DNA of 32,000 nt. Source: Halomicronema hongdechloris C2206 (GTDB lineage: Bacteria; Cyanobacteriota; Cyanobacteriia; Phormidesmidales; Phormidesmidaceae). The stretch's first letter is position 1. Every line of letters begins with the position of its first letter. The position numbers were made by a program, and so were the translations under genes. A model generated the notes under the pieces. It was not told where the DNA came from, searched no databases, and was given only the letters and a program-made list of their open reading frames with translations. The DNA lies in assembly GCF_002075285.3 (NCBI RefSeq), contig NZ_CP021983.2, forward strand, positions 270,001 through 302,000, given 5' to 3'. Positions 17,851-26,250 of this stretch are shown piece after piece.

Positions 17851-18021
17851 CCGGATGAAGCTGTGGCGACCTAGGCTCTCATCCTAGCGCCAAATAGGGC
17901 CACCGTGACATTCCTTAAGATCCCCTGAACCTTCTACTATGGCTGATATCCACGGCCATAGGGCGAGTTCCTAGCGGGGATCAGGGATTTCCTTAATTGA
18001 AATTGGGCAATCCTGGCAAAT

Positions 18022-18063
18022 GTAAACGCTTTAACGATTTACCCTCACCCTTTACATTAAAGT
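18022..18063 (+). promoter_or_regulatory. Candidate NtcA-activated promoter of ureC: GTA-N8-AAC, 22-nt spacer, TAAAGT (-10)
   Basis: GTAAACGCTTTAAC at 18022-18035, then exactly 22 nt, then TAAAGT (TAN3T) at 18058-18063. This is about 48 nt upstream of the ureC ATG, which has a GAAGGAG Shine-Dalgarno. The geometry matches class II NtcA promoters, with one mismatch in the distal half-site. Confidence 0.35.
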
Positions 18064-18111
18064 GATGCGGGCTGGTCGCCCGGCTAACCCTGAGAGTGAA
18101 GGAGTGCCTGC

Positions 18112-19821
18112 ATGAGCTATCGCATGGATCGCCGCGCCTATGCCGAAACCTTTGGTCCCACCGTCGGCGATCGCATCCGGTTAGCCGACACCGAGTTGAT
18201 CATCGAGGTGGAGCAGGACTATACCCTCTACGGCGATGAAGTCAAGTTCGGCGGTGGTAAGGTGATTCGGGACGGCATGGGCCAATCCCCCATTTCCCGG
18301 GCCGAGGGAGCCGTCGACATGGTGATTACCAATGCTCTCATCTTGGATTGGTGGGGCATCGTCAAGGCCGACATCGGCATTAAAGACGGCAAGATCCACA
18401 AGATCGGCAAGGCTGGCAACCCCTACATCCAGGACAATGTCGACATCATCATCGGCCCTGCCACCGAAGCCGTGGCCGGCGAAGGCATGGTCGTCACCGC
18501 CGGCGGCATCGATGCCCACATTCACTTCATCTCTCCTCAGCAGATTGAAACCGCCATCGCCTCTGGTATTACCACCATGCTGGGGGGGGGCACTGGCCCG
18601 GCCACCGGCACTAACGCCACCACCTGCACCCCCGGTGCCTGGAACATCTGGCGCATGCTGCAGGCCGCCGATGCCTTTCCCATGAACCTGGGCTATCTGG
18701 GCAAGGGCAACAGTGCCCAACCTCAGGGACTGATTGAGCAGGTCCAGGCCGGGGCCATGGGCCTGAAGCTACACGAAGACTGGGGCACGACTCCGGCCGC
18801 CATCGATACTTGTCTGGGGGTGGCCGATGAGTTTGATGTGCAGGTGGCCATTCATACCGATACCCTCAACGAGGCCGGCTTTGTGGAAAACACTATCGCC
18901 GCCTTCAAAAATCGAGTGATTCACACCTACCACACGGAAGGGGCAGGCGGCGGCCACGCCCCCGACATCATCAAGGTCTGTGGCGAGGCCCATGTGTTGC
19001 CGTCCTCGACCAATCCTACCCGCCCCTATACTCGCAACACCCTGGATGAGCACCTGGACATGCTGATGGTGTGCCACCACCTCAGCCCCAGCATTCCCGA
19101 AGATATCGCCTTTGCCGAATCCCGCATTCGCCGAGAGACCATCGCCGCTGAAGACATCTTGCACGACCTCGGGGCCTTTTCCATGATTGCCTCTGACTCT
19201 CAGGCCATGGGTCGAGTGGGAGAGGTGATCCTACGCACCTGGCAAACGGCCCACAAGATGAAGGTGCAACGGGGAGCCCTGGCGGAAGATTGCGATCGCA
19301 ACGACAATCATCGGGCCAAGCGTTACGTGGCCAAATACACCATCAATCCCGCCATCACCCACGGCATTGCTGATCACGTGGGCTCTCTGGAGGAAGGCAA
19401 ACTGGCCGATATCTGCCTGTGGGACCCGGCCTTCTTCGGCGTCAAGCCAGACATCGTGATTAAAGGCGGAGCCATCGCCTGGGCCCAAATGGGCGATGCC
19501 AACGCCAGCATTCCCACGCCGCAGCCCATTCACATGCGGCCCATGTTCGGCAGCTACGGCGGTGCCATCGCTGCGACATCGTTATCCTTTATGTCTAAGG
19601 CTGCCTTGGCAGCCGGCATTCCCGAGCAGATTGGTCTGACCACCTCCACTGTGGCTGTGGCCAACTGCCGGGCTCTGAGCAAAGCCGACATGAAGCTGAA
19701 CGATCTCACCCCTCACATCGACGTCGACGCCGAGACCTACGAAGTCCGCGCCGACGGCAACCTACTCACCTGTGAGCCCGCCGAGGTATTGCCCATGGCC
19801 CAGCGCTACTTCCTGTTTTGA
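18112..19821 (+). CDS. ureC: Urease alpha subunit
   Basis: [34 protein letters not shown]..., [55 protein letters not shown] and the canonical C-terminus [10 protein letters not shown]. No ureA or ureB on either side. Confidence 0.97.
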   Translation: MSYRMDRRAYAETFGPTVGDRIRLADTELIIEVEQDYTLYGDEVKFGGGKVIRDGMGQSPISRAEGAVDMVITNALILDWWGIVKADIGIKDGKIHKIGKAGNPYIQDNVDIIIGPATEAVAGEGMVVTAGGIDAHIHFISPQQIETAIASGITTMLGGGTGPATGTNATTCTPGAWNIWRMLQAADAFPMNLGYLGKGNSAQPQGLIEQVQAGAMGLKLHEDWGTTPAAIDTCLGVADEFDVQVAIHTDTLNEAGFVENTIAAFKNRVIHTYHTEGAGGGHAPDIIKVCGEAHVLPSSTNPTRPYTRNTLDEHLDMLMVCHHLSPSIPEDIAFAESRIRRETIAAEDILHDLGAFSMIASDSQAMGRVGEVILRTWQTAHKMKVQRGALAEDCDRNDNHRAKRYVAKYTINPAITHGIADHVGSLEEGKLADICLWDPAFFGVKPDIVIKGGAIAWAQMGDANASIPTPQPIHMRPMFGSYGGAIAATSLSFMSKAALAAGIPEQIGLTTSTVAVANCRALSKADMKLNDLTPHIDVDAETYEVRADGNLLTCEPAEVLPMAQRYFLF

Positions 19822-19838
19822 AGGTCCTGTTTTGAAGG
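19811..19838 (+). repeat. Perfect 14-bp tandem duplication TCCTGTTTTGAAGG x2 spanning the ureC stop codon
   Basis: Copies at 19811-19824 and 19825-19838. The first copy contains the last codons (F-L-F) and the TGA of ureC. Confidence 0.9.
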
Positions 19839-19860
19839 TCCCTTAAAGACACATTGACGT

Positions 19861-19899
19861 TGTCATGCCATTGTCATTGACATGTCACAGGAGTGTCAT
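19861..19899 (+). promoter_or_regulatory. Four TGTCA(T/C) boxes phased at exactly 11 bp (candidate OmpR/PhoB-type response-regulator binding array)
   Basis: TGTCAT at 19861, TGTCAT at 19872, TGTCAC at 19883 and TGTCAT at 19894. TACTCT (TAN3T) lies at 19910-19915, 10 nt after the last box. Confidence 0.4.
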
Positions 19900-19921
19900 G
19901 GCCACCGCTTACTCTGCGAAT

Positions 19922-20079
19922 AGACGTTCCTCACACCTCTAGGAGTTAACAGACCCAGCCAGCCTCAGGTCAATGGCGTGCCCCAAGCGATGCCTAGATC
20001 CGGTGGACTAGGGTCAACGGCTCCTAGGGCGGTTTCTGAGCAACACACACGGGGGATGCTAGCCAGGCATCCCTTTTTT
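19922..20079 (+). ncRNA. Candidate ~160-nt small RNA (approximate 5' end inferred from the -10; 3' end at the intrinsic terminator)
   Basis: The interval has no credible ORF. It is bounded upstream by the phased-box/-10 arrangement and downstream by a strong terminator. I do not recognise it as any known RNA family. Confidence 0.3.
20053..20079 (+). terminator. Rho-independent terminator
   Basis: GGGATGC (20053-20059), 7-nt loop TAGCCAG, GCATCCC (20067-20073), followed by TTTTTT (20074-20079). Confidence 0.7.
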
Positions 20080-20524
20080 GCTGCTGTCTATCCCGTAGCG
20101 CGAAACGCCCTGATTGAGACTGAAACTAGGATTTCTATACCTCCGAACTGCTGTGGCGTTAGCCCCGAGATCCCCAGGGAGCACCTACTTTGGCCCCAGG
20201 CCATCGGTTTTCTTCCTCGTCGTGGCCAGGGGATTGGCTTCGGTGCAGAGTGCCGCTCGTGATTGATTCCCTTATTGGTTCACACCATGGTGGGCCTTAC
20301 CATTCCCCCTAGCCAGGGGCCACTGACGCTGACGACTGCAAAACAAGGCTAGACTAGGCCACTCAAACCGGCAGATCAGCAATGGCACCGCCAACAACCT
20401 AAATTTTTCGGTAGCGGCTCATGAGCGCCCCAATGGCCCTGTGCCGAGGGCGAGCAATGGGGTAGACTGCTCGCCGCCCTTAGCCATAGGACCTATCATC
20501 ATGATGATTCCCCAAGCGGGCGAT

Positions 20525-20827
20525 TCAGTCGTCAGACTCTTCGGAAGACGAGGTTTCCTTGGCGTCGTAGAGGTCATCCAGCTGGTCTCTGACGTCCCTC
20601 ACCGAAATTGAGCGCATCACGATTAGCGGCTCGTCGATCACCTGGCCCTGGTCATCTAGGAGCTCTGGATGAGGCGCTGGCCTAGAGGAATTATTGGCCC
20701 CAAAGGTGCGACTGCGGGAGCCAGGGCGACGCGCTTCCGACCCCAGCATCATCAGATTGCGAACCAGATTGGCAACAGCTAGTACTGCCAAAACGGCAAA
20801 GGCCAGAATGTAGAGCAAGTGGAACAT
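20525..20827 (-). CDS. Small membrane-anchored cyanobacterial protein (DUF2973-like, from memory)
   Basis: N-terminal TM helix MFHLLYILAFAVLAVLAVANLVRNL, then a basic linker and an acidic tail (...DDLYDAKETSSSEESDD). Confidence 0.7.
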   Translation of the reverse strand: MFHLLYILAFAVLAVLAVANLVRNLMMLGSEARRPGSRSRTFGANNSSRPAPHPELLDDQGQVIDEPLIVMRSISVRDVRDQLDDLYDAKETSSSEESDD

Positions 20828-21160
20828 AGCAATGTCCTTAGGTCAGGTAGCTTCCCCAGGTAACAGGCAAGCTTGGCGATTTCACTCAATGAAGTCGTAA
20901 GCTTGCGCGAACGATACCTCTTAGCATAGCTGGGCTCTGGCGGGTAAAACCTATCTGCCTCACGGGACCCTAGGTTCTAGCAACTGAAGTAATTAAACGA
21001 CTCAGCATCTTGCCAGGTCCAGCCGACGATCTAGAGCGCTATTGGGAGTGGCCCCTAGATCAAGACTTAGATGAAGTTTATTAACATCCTCATCTAATAT
21101 TTTGCCAAACTTCTGGACATTCTGCCTGAGTGCCTTGACCACGAATCGCTGCGTATCCCG

Positions 21161-21415
21161 TCATTGAGCCTCATTTGAGTATGACGTTTGCTCGGCTAAG
21201 GACTGCCATCCCGCCTGCCAGAGGGCTTTGTTCTTCAGTTGTTTAGCCGTGATCCAAAATCGCACGGTGGGATCACAGGCGGCGACAATTTCTGCAAAGA
21301 CCCAACTTCCCTGGTTCTTGCGGTTGACGACATGAAAGTGACGCCAGCCCTGTAGGGTGGTGCGGGCAGTCCATTTAGACCCGATCAAATGGGGAAACTT
21401 TTGCTGCTTAGCCAT
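21161..21415 (-). CDS. Tryptophan-rich small conserved protein (TIGR02450-like)
   Basis: From Met at 21415: MAKQQKFPHLIGSKWTARTTLQGWRHFHVVNRKNQGSWVFAEIVAACDPTVRFWITAKQLKNKALWQAGWQSL. This fits the SKWTA...HF.V...W..GW pattern. The listed ORF extends to 21571, but that extension overlaps the upstream gene. The ATG lies 4 nt after that gene's stop. Confidence 0.75.
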   Translation of the reverse strand: MAKQQKFPHLIGSKWTARTTLQGWRHFHVVNRKNQGSWVFAEIVAACDPTVRFWITAKQLKNKALWQAGWQSLAEQTSYSNEAQ

Positions 21416-21419
21416 CGAT

Positions 21420-21860
21420 TCAGTCAGCCAGTCGTTGCTTGATGCCCCGGATGTGAATGGCGCGGCTGCTGATGATCGCCTGGGTATCCCGCACCTGGAC
21501 GTAGACTTTACCGGAGAAGAGCTGCCGCAGGAAGGGACGGGTATAGACGCTGACCCCGTCTTCATCGGCATCGGGGTCGCGCTGATAGCCCATGTCCTCG
21601 AGGGCGCGATTGAGTCGTTTGAGAAACGATTGACGGTTGGTAATCGCCATCTCTAAGGTAACGCTGCGATAGACAAAGGCTCCCAACAGGCCTGCCACGG
21701 TGCCAAATATTAGCCCAAATTGGTTGGGGATACCGGTGTCGAGCCCGACTCCCAAGGTCTTGGCGGCCAGGAACGTCGTAATCAGCGCGGTACCCGAAAA
21801 ATAGTACAGAAAAGTCAGGATAAAACTAGGGCCTTGCGGCAAAGACGGTTGATCAGACAT
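21420..21860 (-). CDS. Two-TM membrane protein with a cytoplasmic C-terminal domain, function unknown
   Basis: 146-aa ORF with hydrophobic segments FILTFLYYFSGTALITTFLAA and FGLIFGTVAGLLGAFVY. It is tightly coupled to the Trp-rich gene downstream. Confidence 0.7.
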   Translation of the reverse strand: MSDQPSLPQGPSFILTFLYYFSGTALITTFLAAKTLGVGLDTGIPNQFGLIFGTVAGLLGAFVYRSVTLEMAITNRQSFLKRLNRALEDMGYQRDPDADEDGVSVYTRPFLRQLFSGKVYVQVRDTQAIISSRAIHIRGIKQRLAD

Positions 21861-21985
21861 GGTAAGGCGGCAGGGCTAACGATTCCTATCTTCGGCGAAG
21901 GCCGCCGTCTAGGAAAGCCCCTGCCCCCTTGTTGAAAATGCCCCCTTTGGCGTAATAATCACAGGAGGAATGAGATCGGCAGGCC

Positions 21986-22992
21986 ATGATTGAAGTCGAG
22001 CATCTCAGCAAGACCTACGGATCGACTGAAGCGATTCGAGATGTTGCCTTTCGCGTTGAGACCGGCGAGATCCTAGGGTTCCTGGGACCGAATGGGGCGG
22101 GAAAAACCACCACCATGCGGATATTAGCCGGGTATTTGCCAGCCACCTCGGGCACGGCTCGAATAGCAGGATACGACGTCCATAGCGACTCCATGGCCGT
22201 GCGCCAGCGGATCGGCTACCTACCGGAGAATCCGCCGTTATATCTAGAGATGACGGTGGAGGGATTTCTGCATTTTGTCGGGCGCATCAAGGGCATGGCT
22301 GCTGGCGATCGGCCCCATCGGGTGCAGATTGCCATGGAGCGCTGTGGTTTGTTGGAGAAGCGCTCGGTCTTGATCCGCAAGTTGTCGAAGGGGTATCGGC
22401 AGCGGGTGGGGATTGCCCAGGCCATCATCCACGATCCACCGGTGATCATCTTGGATGAACCAACGGTGGGGCTGGATCCGCGCCAGATTATAGAGGTGCG
22501 TCAGTTGATCAAGGGGCTGGCTGGGGAGCATACTCTAATTCTGTCTACTCACATCCTGCCGGAGGTGAGTGTCACCTGCAATCGGGTGGCCATCATTCAC
22601 CAGGGGCAGATTGTCGCGACTGATTCGCCTCAACACCTGATGAGTAATCTGGGTCGGGAGCTCACCTATGAGGTGGAGGTGGCTGGCGATCAACAGCGGG
22701 CTCAGCAATTATTGGGTCAGTTGCCGGCCATTACTCGGGTAGAGCCCCTCAGCCAAGATAGCCAAGATCAGCATGGGCCTGGGCGCAGTCGACTGCAGGT
22801 GATTGCTCATCCTCAGGAGGATCCGGGGCATGCGATCGCATTGACCCTGGTGCAAAACGGTTTGGAGCTCTACGAGTTACGGCGACAGCAAGTCAGCCTC
22901 GAGGAGGTATTTCTCAACCTGACCACCCAGGAAGCAGCACCAGACGCTCTGGGGATAAGGTGGCTGACGCCTCGCCAGTCGAGAGTTTGTAG
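21986..22992 (+). CDS. ABC transporter ATP-binding protein (GldA/CcmA-like); C-terminus disrupted by a probable 1-nt deletion
   Basis: Walker A GPNGAGKTT, signature LSKGYRQRV, Walker B VIILDEPTVGLD and H-loop LSTHIL. As sequenced, the ORF runs on to 23200, giving an Arg-rich nonsense tail that overlaps the permease start by 164 nt. Adding one G to the G4 run at 22951-22954 gives ...DALGDKVADASPVESL* ending at 22992, just before the AAGGAGA Shine-Dalgarno of the permease. Confidence 0.85.
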
Positions 22993-23036
22993 CACCACTA
23001 GGCAGCCGCACCGGAGGTCGGCAAAGGAGATATGGC

Positions 23037-23850
23037 ATGGGCATCGTCTTCGCAAACATTCTGGCCATTTACCGGCGGGAACTGCAGAGTTATTTTTCCT
23101 CGCCCTTGGCTTACATCGTCGCCGGATTATTCTGGCTGCTGGGGGGCTTTTTCCTAGTGCTGATCTTACTCGGGCCCCAACGGCATCATTGCCCAAGTAG
23201 CCCAAGCCGATCAAGCCCAACAGTTAGGCATGGAGCCCCCCGCCATTGATGTGGTGTACGAGTTTCTCAAGGCCTATTTAGGCTTGCTAGGCTCCCTGTC
23301 ACTGTTTGTGTTACCCATCCTCTCCATGGGCTATATACCGAAGAGCGCAAGCAAGGCACCCTAGAGCTGTTGGCTACGTCTCCCATTACCAACTGGGCCG
23401 TGGCCTGGGCAAATTACTGGCGGTGGTCACCTTCTACATCACCATGGTATTGCCCCTGATGATTGTGTGAGTCAGTAGCCGTCGGAGCCGCCACTCCGCC
23501 ACCCTCGCCCACCCTGTTGCTACTCGGTCATCTAGGACTGATTCTATTAGCCGCTGGGGTCTTATCCCTGGGCATGTTTATCTCATCTCTGACCGAGAGC
23601 ACTGTGCTCTCGGCCATCATGACCTTTGTGCTGGTGTTTTTTGTTGTGGATTCGTCGACGCCCTTAGGCAATGCTCTGCCTGGCCTAATCGGTGAGGCCC
23701 TGGGCCACCTGTCGCTTCTGCAACATTTCACTGACTTCACCGAAGGGGTGCTAGACACAAGCGGCGTCGTTCTCTTTGCCAGTTACATTCTCCTGGGGTT
23801 GTTTTTAACGGGCCCAGTCCGTAGAGACGCTACGATTCCAGCGCACCTGA
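23037..23850 (+). pseudogene. ABC-2-type permease (GldF-like), interrupted by about five frameshifts (pseudogene or sequence errors)
   Basis: It is readable only by changing frame at ~23172-23178 (+1), ~23329-23333 (-1), ~23402-23405 (-1), ~23465-23468 (+1) and 23810-23815 (+1). The stitched sequence is MGIVFANILAIYRRELQSYFSSPLAYIVAGLFWLLGGFFLVLILLGPNGIIAQVAQ...ILSMG-LYTEERKQGTLELLATSPITNWAV-LGKLLAVVTFYITMVLPLMIV-ESVAVG...HFTDFTEGVLDTSGVVLFASYILLGLFLTAQSVETLRFQRT*. Confidence 0.8.
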
Positions 23851-23901
23851 GCCGCAGCCATACCCCCTGTCCACCCTAGCCTTTCTCGTTAGCGAGTCAT
23901 T

Positions 23902-25467
23902 ATGAACCTGCTCAAGGCTTCCCGTCGCTATCTCAAATACCTGGCCTGGTTAGGTCTGCTCCTAGCCACCGCCGGATTGGTATCTGGGGCGCTAACCGGT
24001 TGGACTCCCCTGCCTATTGCCCTATTAGTGGGAGGCATCGGGCTGATCCTAGTGGGCCTGGCCTATAGCGATATGGCCCAGGGGCGTTTCTGGCAGCGAC
24101 GCTCCACCGAAGCCGGGGGCCAATGCCCTAGTGGGGACTCTAGCCGTCTTGGTGATTTTGGGCGTGATCAATTGGCTGTCGGTGCAATATTCCGCTCGCC
24201 TCGATCTGACCGAGAATCAAATCTTTACCCTGGCCCCCCAAACTCGGCAGATTGCCCAGGAACTAGCGCAGCCTATTCGCCTGGTCATCTTCGATACCAG
24301 CCCCAATACCCAGGATGAGGAGTTACTACAGCGCTATCGCCGCCTCAATTCCCAGTTTGATTATGACTATGTCAATCCCTACGCCAATCCCCGCCTGGCT
24401 CAGGAGTTCGAGGCCACGCGCCCAGGCATGGTGTTTCTGGAAGTGGGTGACCAGCGGCGATTCCTGCAACAGTTGGGGCCAGACCAGCGGCTCTCGGAGC
24501 GTACTATCACTAATGCCATCGATCGGGTGGTACGCGATCGCACCTTGACGGTTTATTTCCTCCAGGGCCATGGGGAATACGGTATTGATGGCAGCGGTGA
24601 AGCCGGCTACACCCAAGCCGCCACTAGCCTAGAAGAGAAAAACTATACCGTCGAAACCCTGAATCTGGCAGAGACAGAGGCTGTCCCCGAGGATGCCAGT
24701 GTGGTGGTGGTAGCCGGCCCGGCCCAGGAGTTTTTTGAGCCCGAGGTGGAAAGTCTCAGCGCCTATCTGGAACAAGGGGGAGGGGTGCTGCTGTTGCTCG
24801 ATCCCCAGACGAATCCAGGCTTGGCTCCCCTGTTGGATGACTGGGGCATTACCCTGGACGACCGCCTAGTGCTCGATACCTCGGGGGCGGGTCAATTAGT
24901 TGGCCTAGGGCCAGCAGCTCCCCTGGTGACTGATTATGGGGATCATCCCATCACCCGCGACTTCAATGGTGGCCGCTCCTTCTATCCCCTAGCCCGCCCG
25001 ATCCAGCTGCAAGAGGTGCCGGGGGGGTGATGGCCACTCCCCTGCTTCAGACCAATCCCCAGAGTCAGGCCGAAGCCATCTCCGCCGCAGGCGAACTGCA
25101 ATTCGACCCAGAAGCCCCAGCCGAGGGGCCCTTCACCCTGGGAGTAGCCCTCAGTCGGTCCTTGACAGAGGAGGCAGCGGCTGAAGCTGAGGAGCCCCCA
25201 GAGGCACGCCTGGTGGTCATCGGCAACGCTAGTTTCGCCACCGATGGCTTATTTGAGCAGCAACTCAATGGAGACGTCTTGCTGAATGCCGTTAACTGGC
25301 TGGGGCAGCAGTCTGATGCCACCCTCTCCATTCGTCCCAAGGAAGTAACTGACCGCCGCATCGCCATGACGGCTCAACAGCAGGTCGGGCTCGGCGTCTT
25401 TGCCATCCTAGTGTTGCCAATGGTAGGGGGCGTACTGGCAGTGGTGATGTGGTTGCGTCGTCGTTAA
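23902..25467 (+). pseudogene. GldG-like ABC-transporter auxiliary protein, split into three ORFs by two homopolymer frameshifts
   Basis: ORFs 23902..24318, 24131..25030 and 25027..25467 join into one GldG-like protein if G5 at 24115-24119 is read as G4 (...RRSTEAGANALVGTLAVLVILGVINWLSVQYSARLDLTENQIFTL...) and G7 at 25021-25027 is read as G8 (...LQEVPGGVMATPLLQT...). The C-terminal TM helix is VGLGVFAILVLPMVGGVLAVVMWLRRR. Confidence 0.8.
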
Positions 25468-25479
25468 CGAGAATCGACC

Positions 25480-26156
25480 ATGAAATTGAAGCAGAGCACA
25501 TTGGTGTTGGTCGGCATCGCCTGTCTCCTAGGCGCTGGAGCCCTAGGTCTAGAAGCCTATCGTCAGCAACATGGGGACATGCTTTTGGCGCCGCCGACAC
25601 TCACCCCCTATTCTCCTTTCAGGAGGATGAAGTAACGGCCCTGACCATTCAGCGCCAGGGGGAGACCCTGGCCTTTGAACAGGGGGAAGCAGGCTGGCGC
25701 ATGACCCAACCGCAGCAGCAACCGGCCCAGGAGTCATCCGTAGCGTTTTTGCTGAGCCAGCTGACCAGCGGTGAGGCTGGGCAACCCGTCTCGGTCACCC
25801 CCGATAACCAGGCCGACTTTGGGTTTACGGAACCAGCTGCCACCGTAGAGTTAACCTTGGCCAACGGCGACCGCCATACCCTGTTATTGGGCAGTGCTGA
25901 CTTTAGTGGCAGTGGCTTCTATGCCCTAGTGGATCCCCCGGCCTTACCCTTGTCAGAGGATACAGAGGCAGAGACAATTACCGCCCACATAGTGTCTGGG
26001 GAGGTGGCCAGTGGCATCAATCGGCCCTTGGACGAGTGGCTCATGGCTACCGATGAGACTCCAGGGGCAGAGAGTGTCCCCAGTTCAGCGGTGCCGCCGG
26101 CCCCCCTGACCCCTGGTTCAGTTCCTGAGGATACAGCCGATCCGGCGGTGGAGTAA
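25480..26156 (+). pseudogene. DUF4340-like protein (usual partner of GldG), with one frameshift after the signal/TM segment
   Basis: ATG 25480 gives MKLKQSTLVLVGIACLLGAGALGLEAYRQQ..., which stops at 25635. The remainder (PLFSFQEDEVTALTIQRQGETLAFEQGEAGWRMTQP...) is in the -1 frame and ends at 26156. The shift lies between 25573 and 25608; for example C5 at 25604-25608 read as C6. Confidence 0.7.
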
Positions 26157-26181
26157 GTCCCTAATACCGATTCCAAGAGAT

Positions 26182-26210
26182 GCCTCCCCCAGGCATGTCC
26201 CGGGGGAGGC
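26182..26210. terminator. GC-rich hairpin between convergent genes (candidate bidirectional terminator)
   Basis: GCCTCCCCC (26182-26190), 11-nt loop, GGGGGAGGC (26202-26210). It is followed by AATTGTT on the + strand and ATCTCTT on the - strand, so the U-tracts are weak. Confidence 0.45.
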
Positions 26211-26250
26211 AATTGTTCCACGGACCATAGCTGACTGCAACTGCGTGAGC

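Noticed and set aside
18181-19533. Several long minus-strand ORFs inside ureC (179, 131 and 100 aa)
   Set aside because: They lie antisense to a highly conserved gene. The Gly/Ala/Asp-rich mirror-frame composition does not look coding.
19889-19924. AGGAG plus ATG mini-ORF encoding MATAYSAN (8 aa), overlapping the last TGTCAT box
   Set aside because: It is too short to evaluate. The Shine-Dalgarno-to-ATG spacing is only 4 nt, and it would lie upstream of the inferred transcription start. Its appearance is probably a by-product of the repeat array.
19978-20262. 94-aa + strand ORF in the gap after ureC
   Set aside because: It reads straight through a strong intrinsic terminator (20053-20079), uses a non-ATG start and has no protein-like features.
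20086-20524. Possible RNase P RNA, tmRNA, 6S, SRP RNA or tRNA in the ORF-free stretch
   Set aside because: I could not find the conserved cores by eye on either strand (AGGAAAGTCC, GGGGCTG...TCCACCA ends, the SRP GGAA tetraloop context, or GTTCRANYC T-arms). This is not excluded for unknown RNAs.
21059-21105. AT-rich hairpin TAGATGA-N15-TCATCTA followed by ATATTTT, downstream of the Trp-rich gene
   Set aside because: The stem is only 7 bp and AT-rich with a 15-nt loop, and the T-run is on the wrong strand for the minus-strand operon. That is too weak to call a terminator.
23902-25467. Programmed frameshifting or phase variation at the G5 and G7 tracts of the GldG gene
   Set aside because: Seven further frameshifts in the neighbouring genes are not at long tracts, and no slippery-heptamer or stimulatory structure pattern is evident. 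Multiple simultaneous lesions argue for decay or sequence error rather than a switch.
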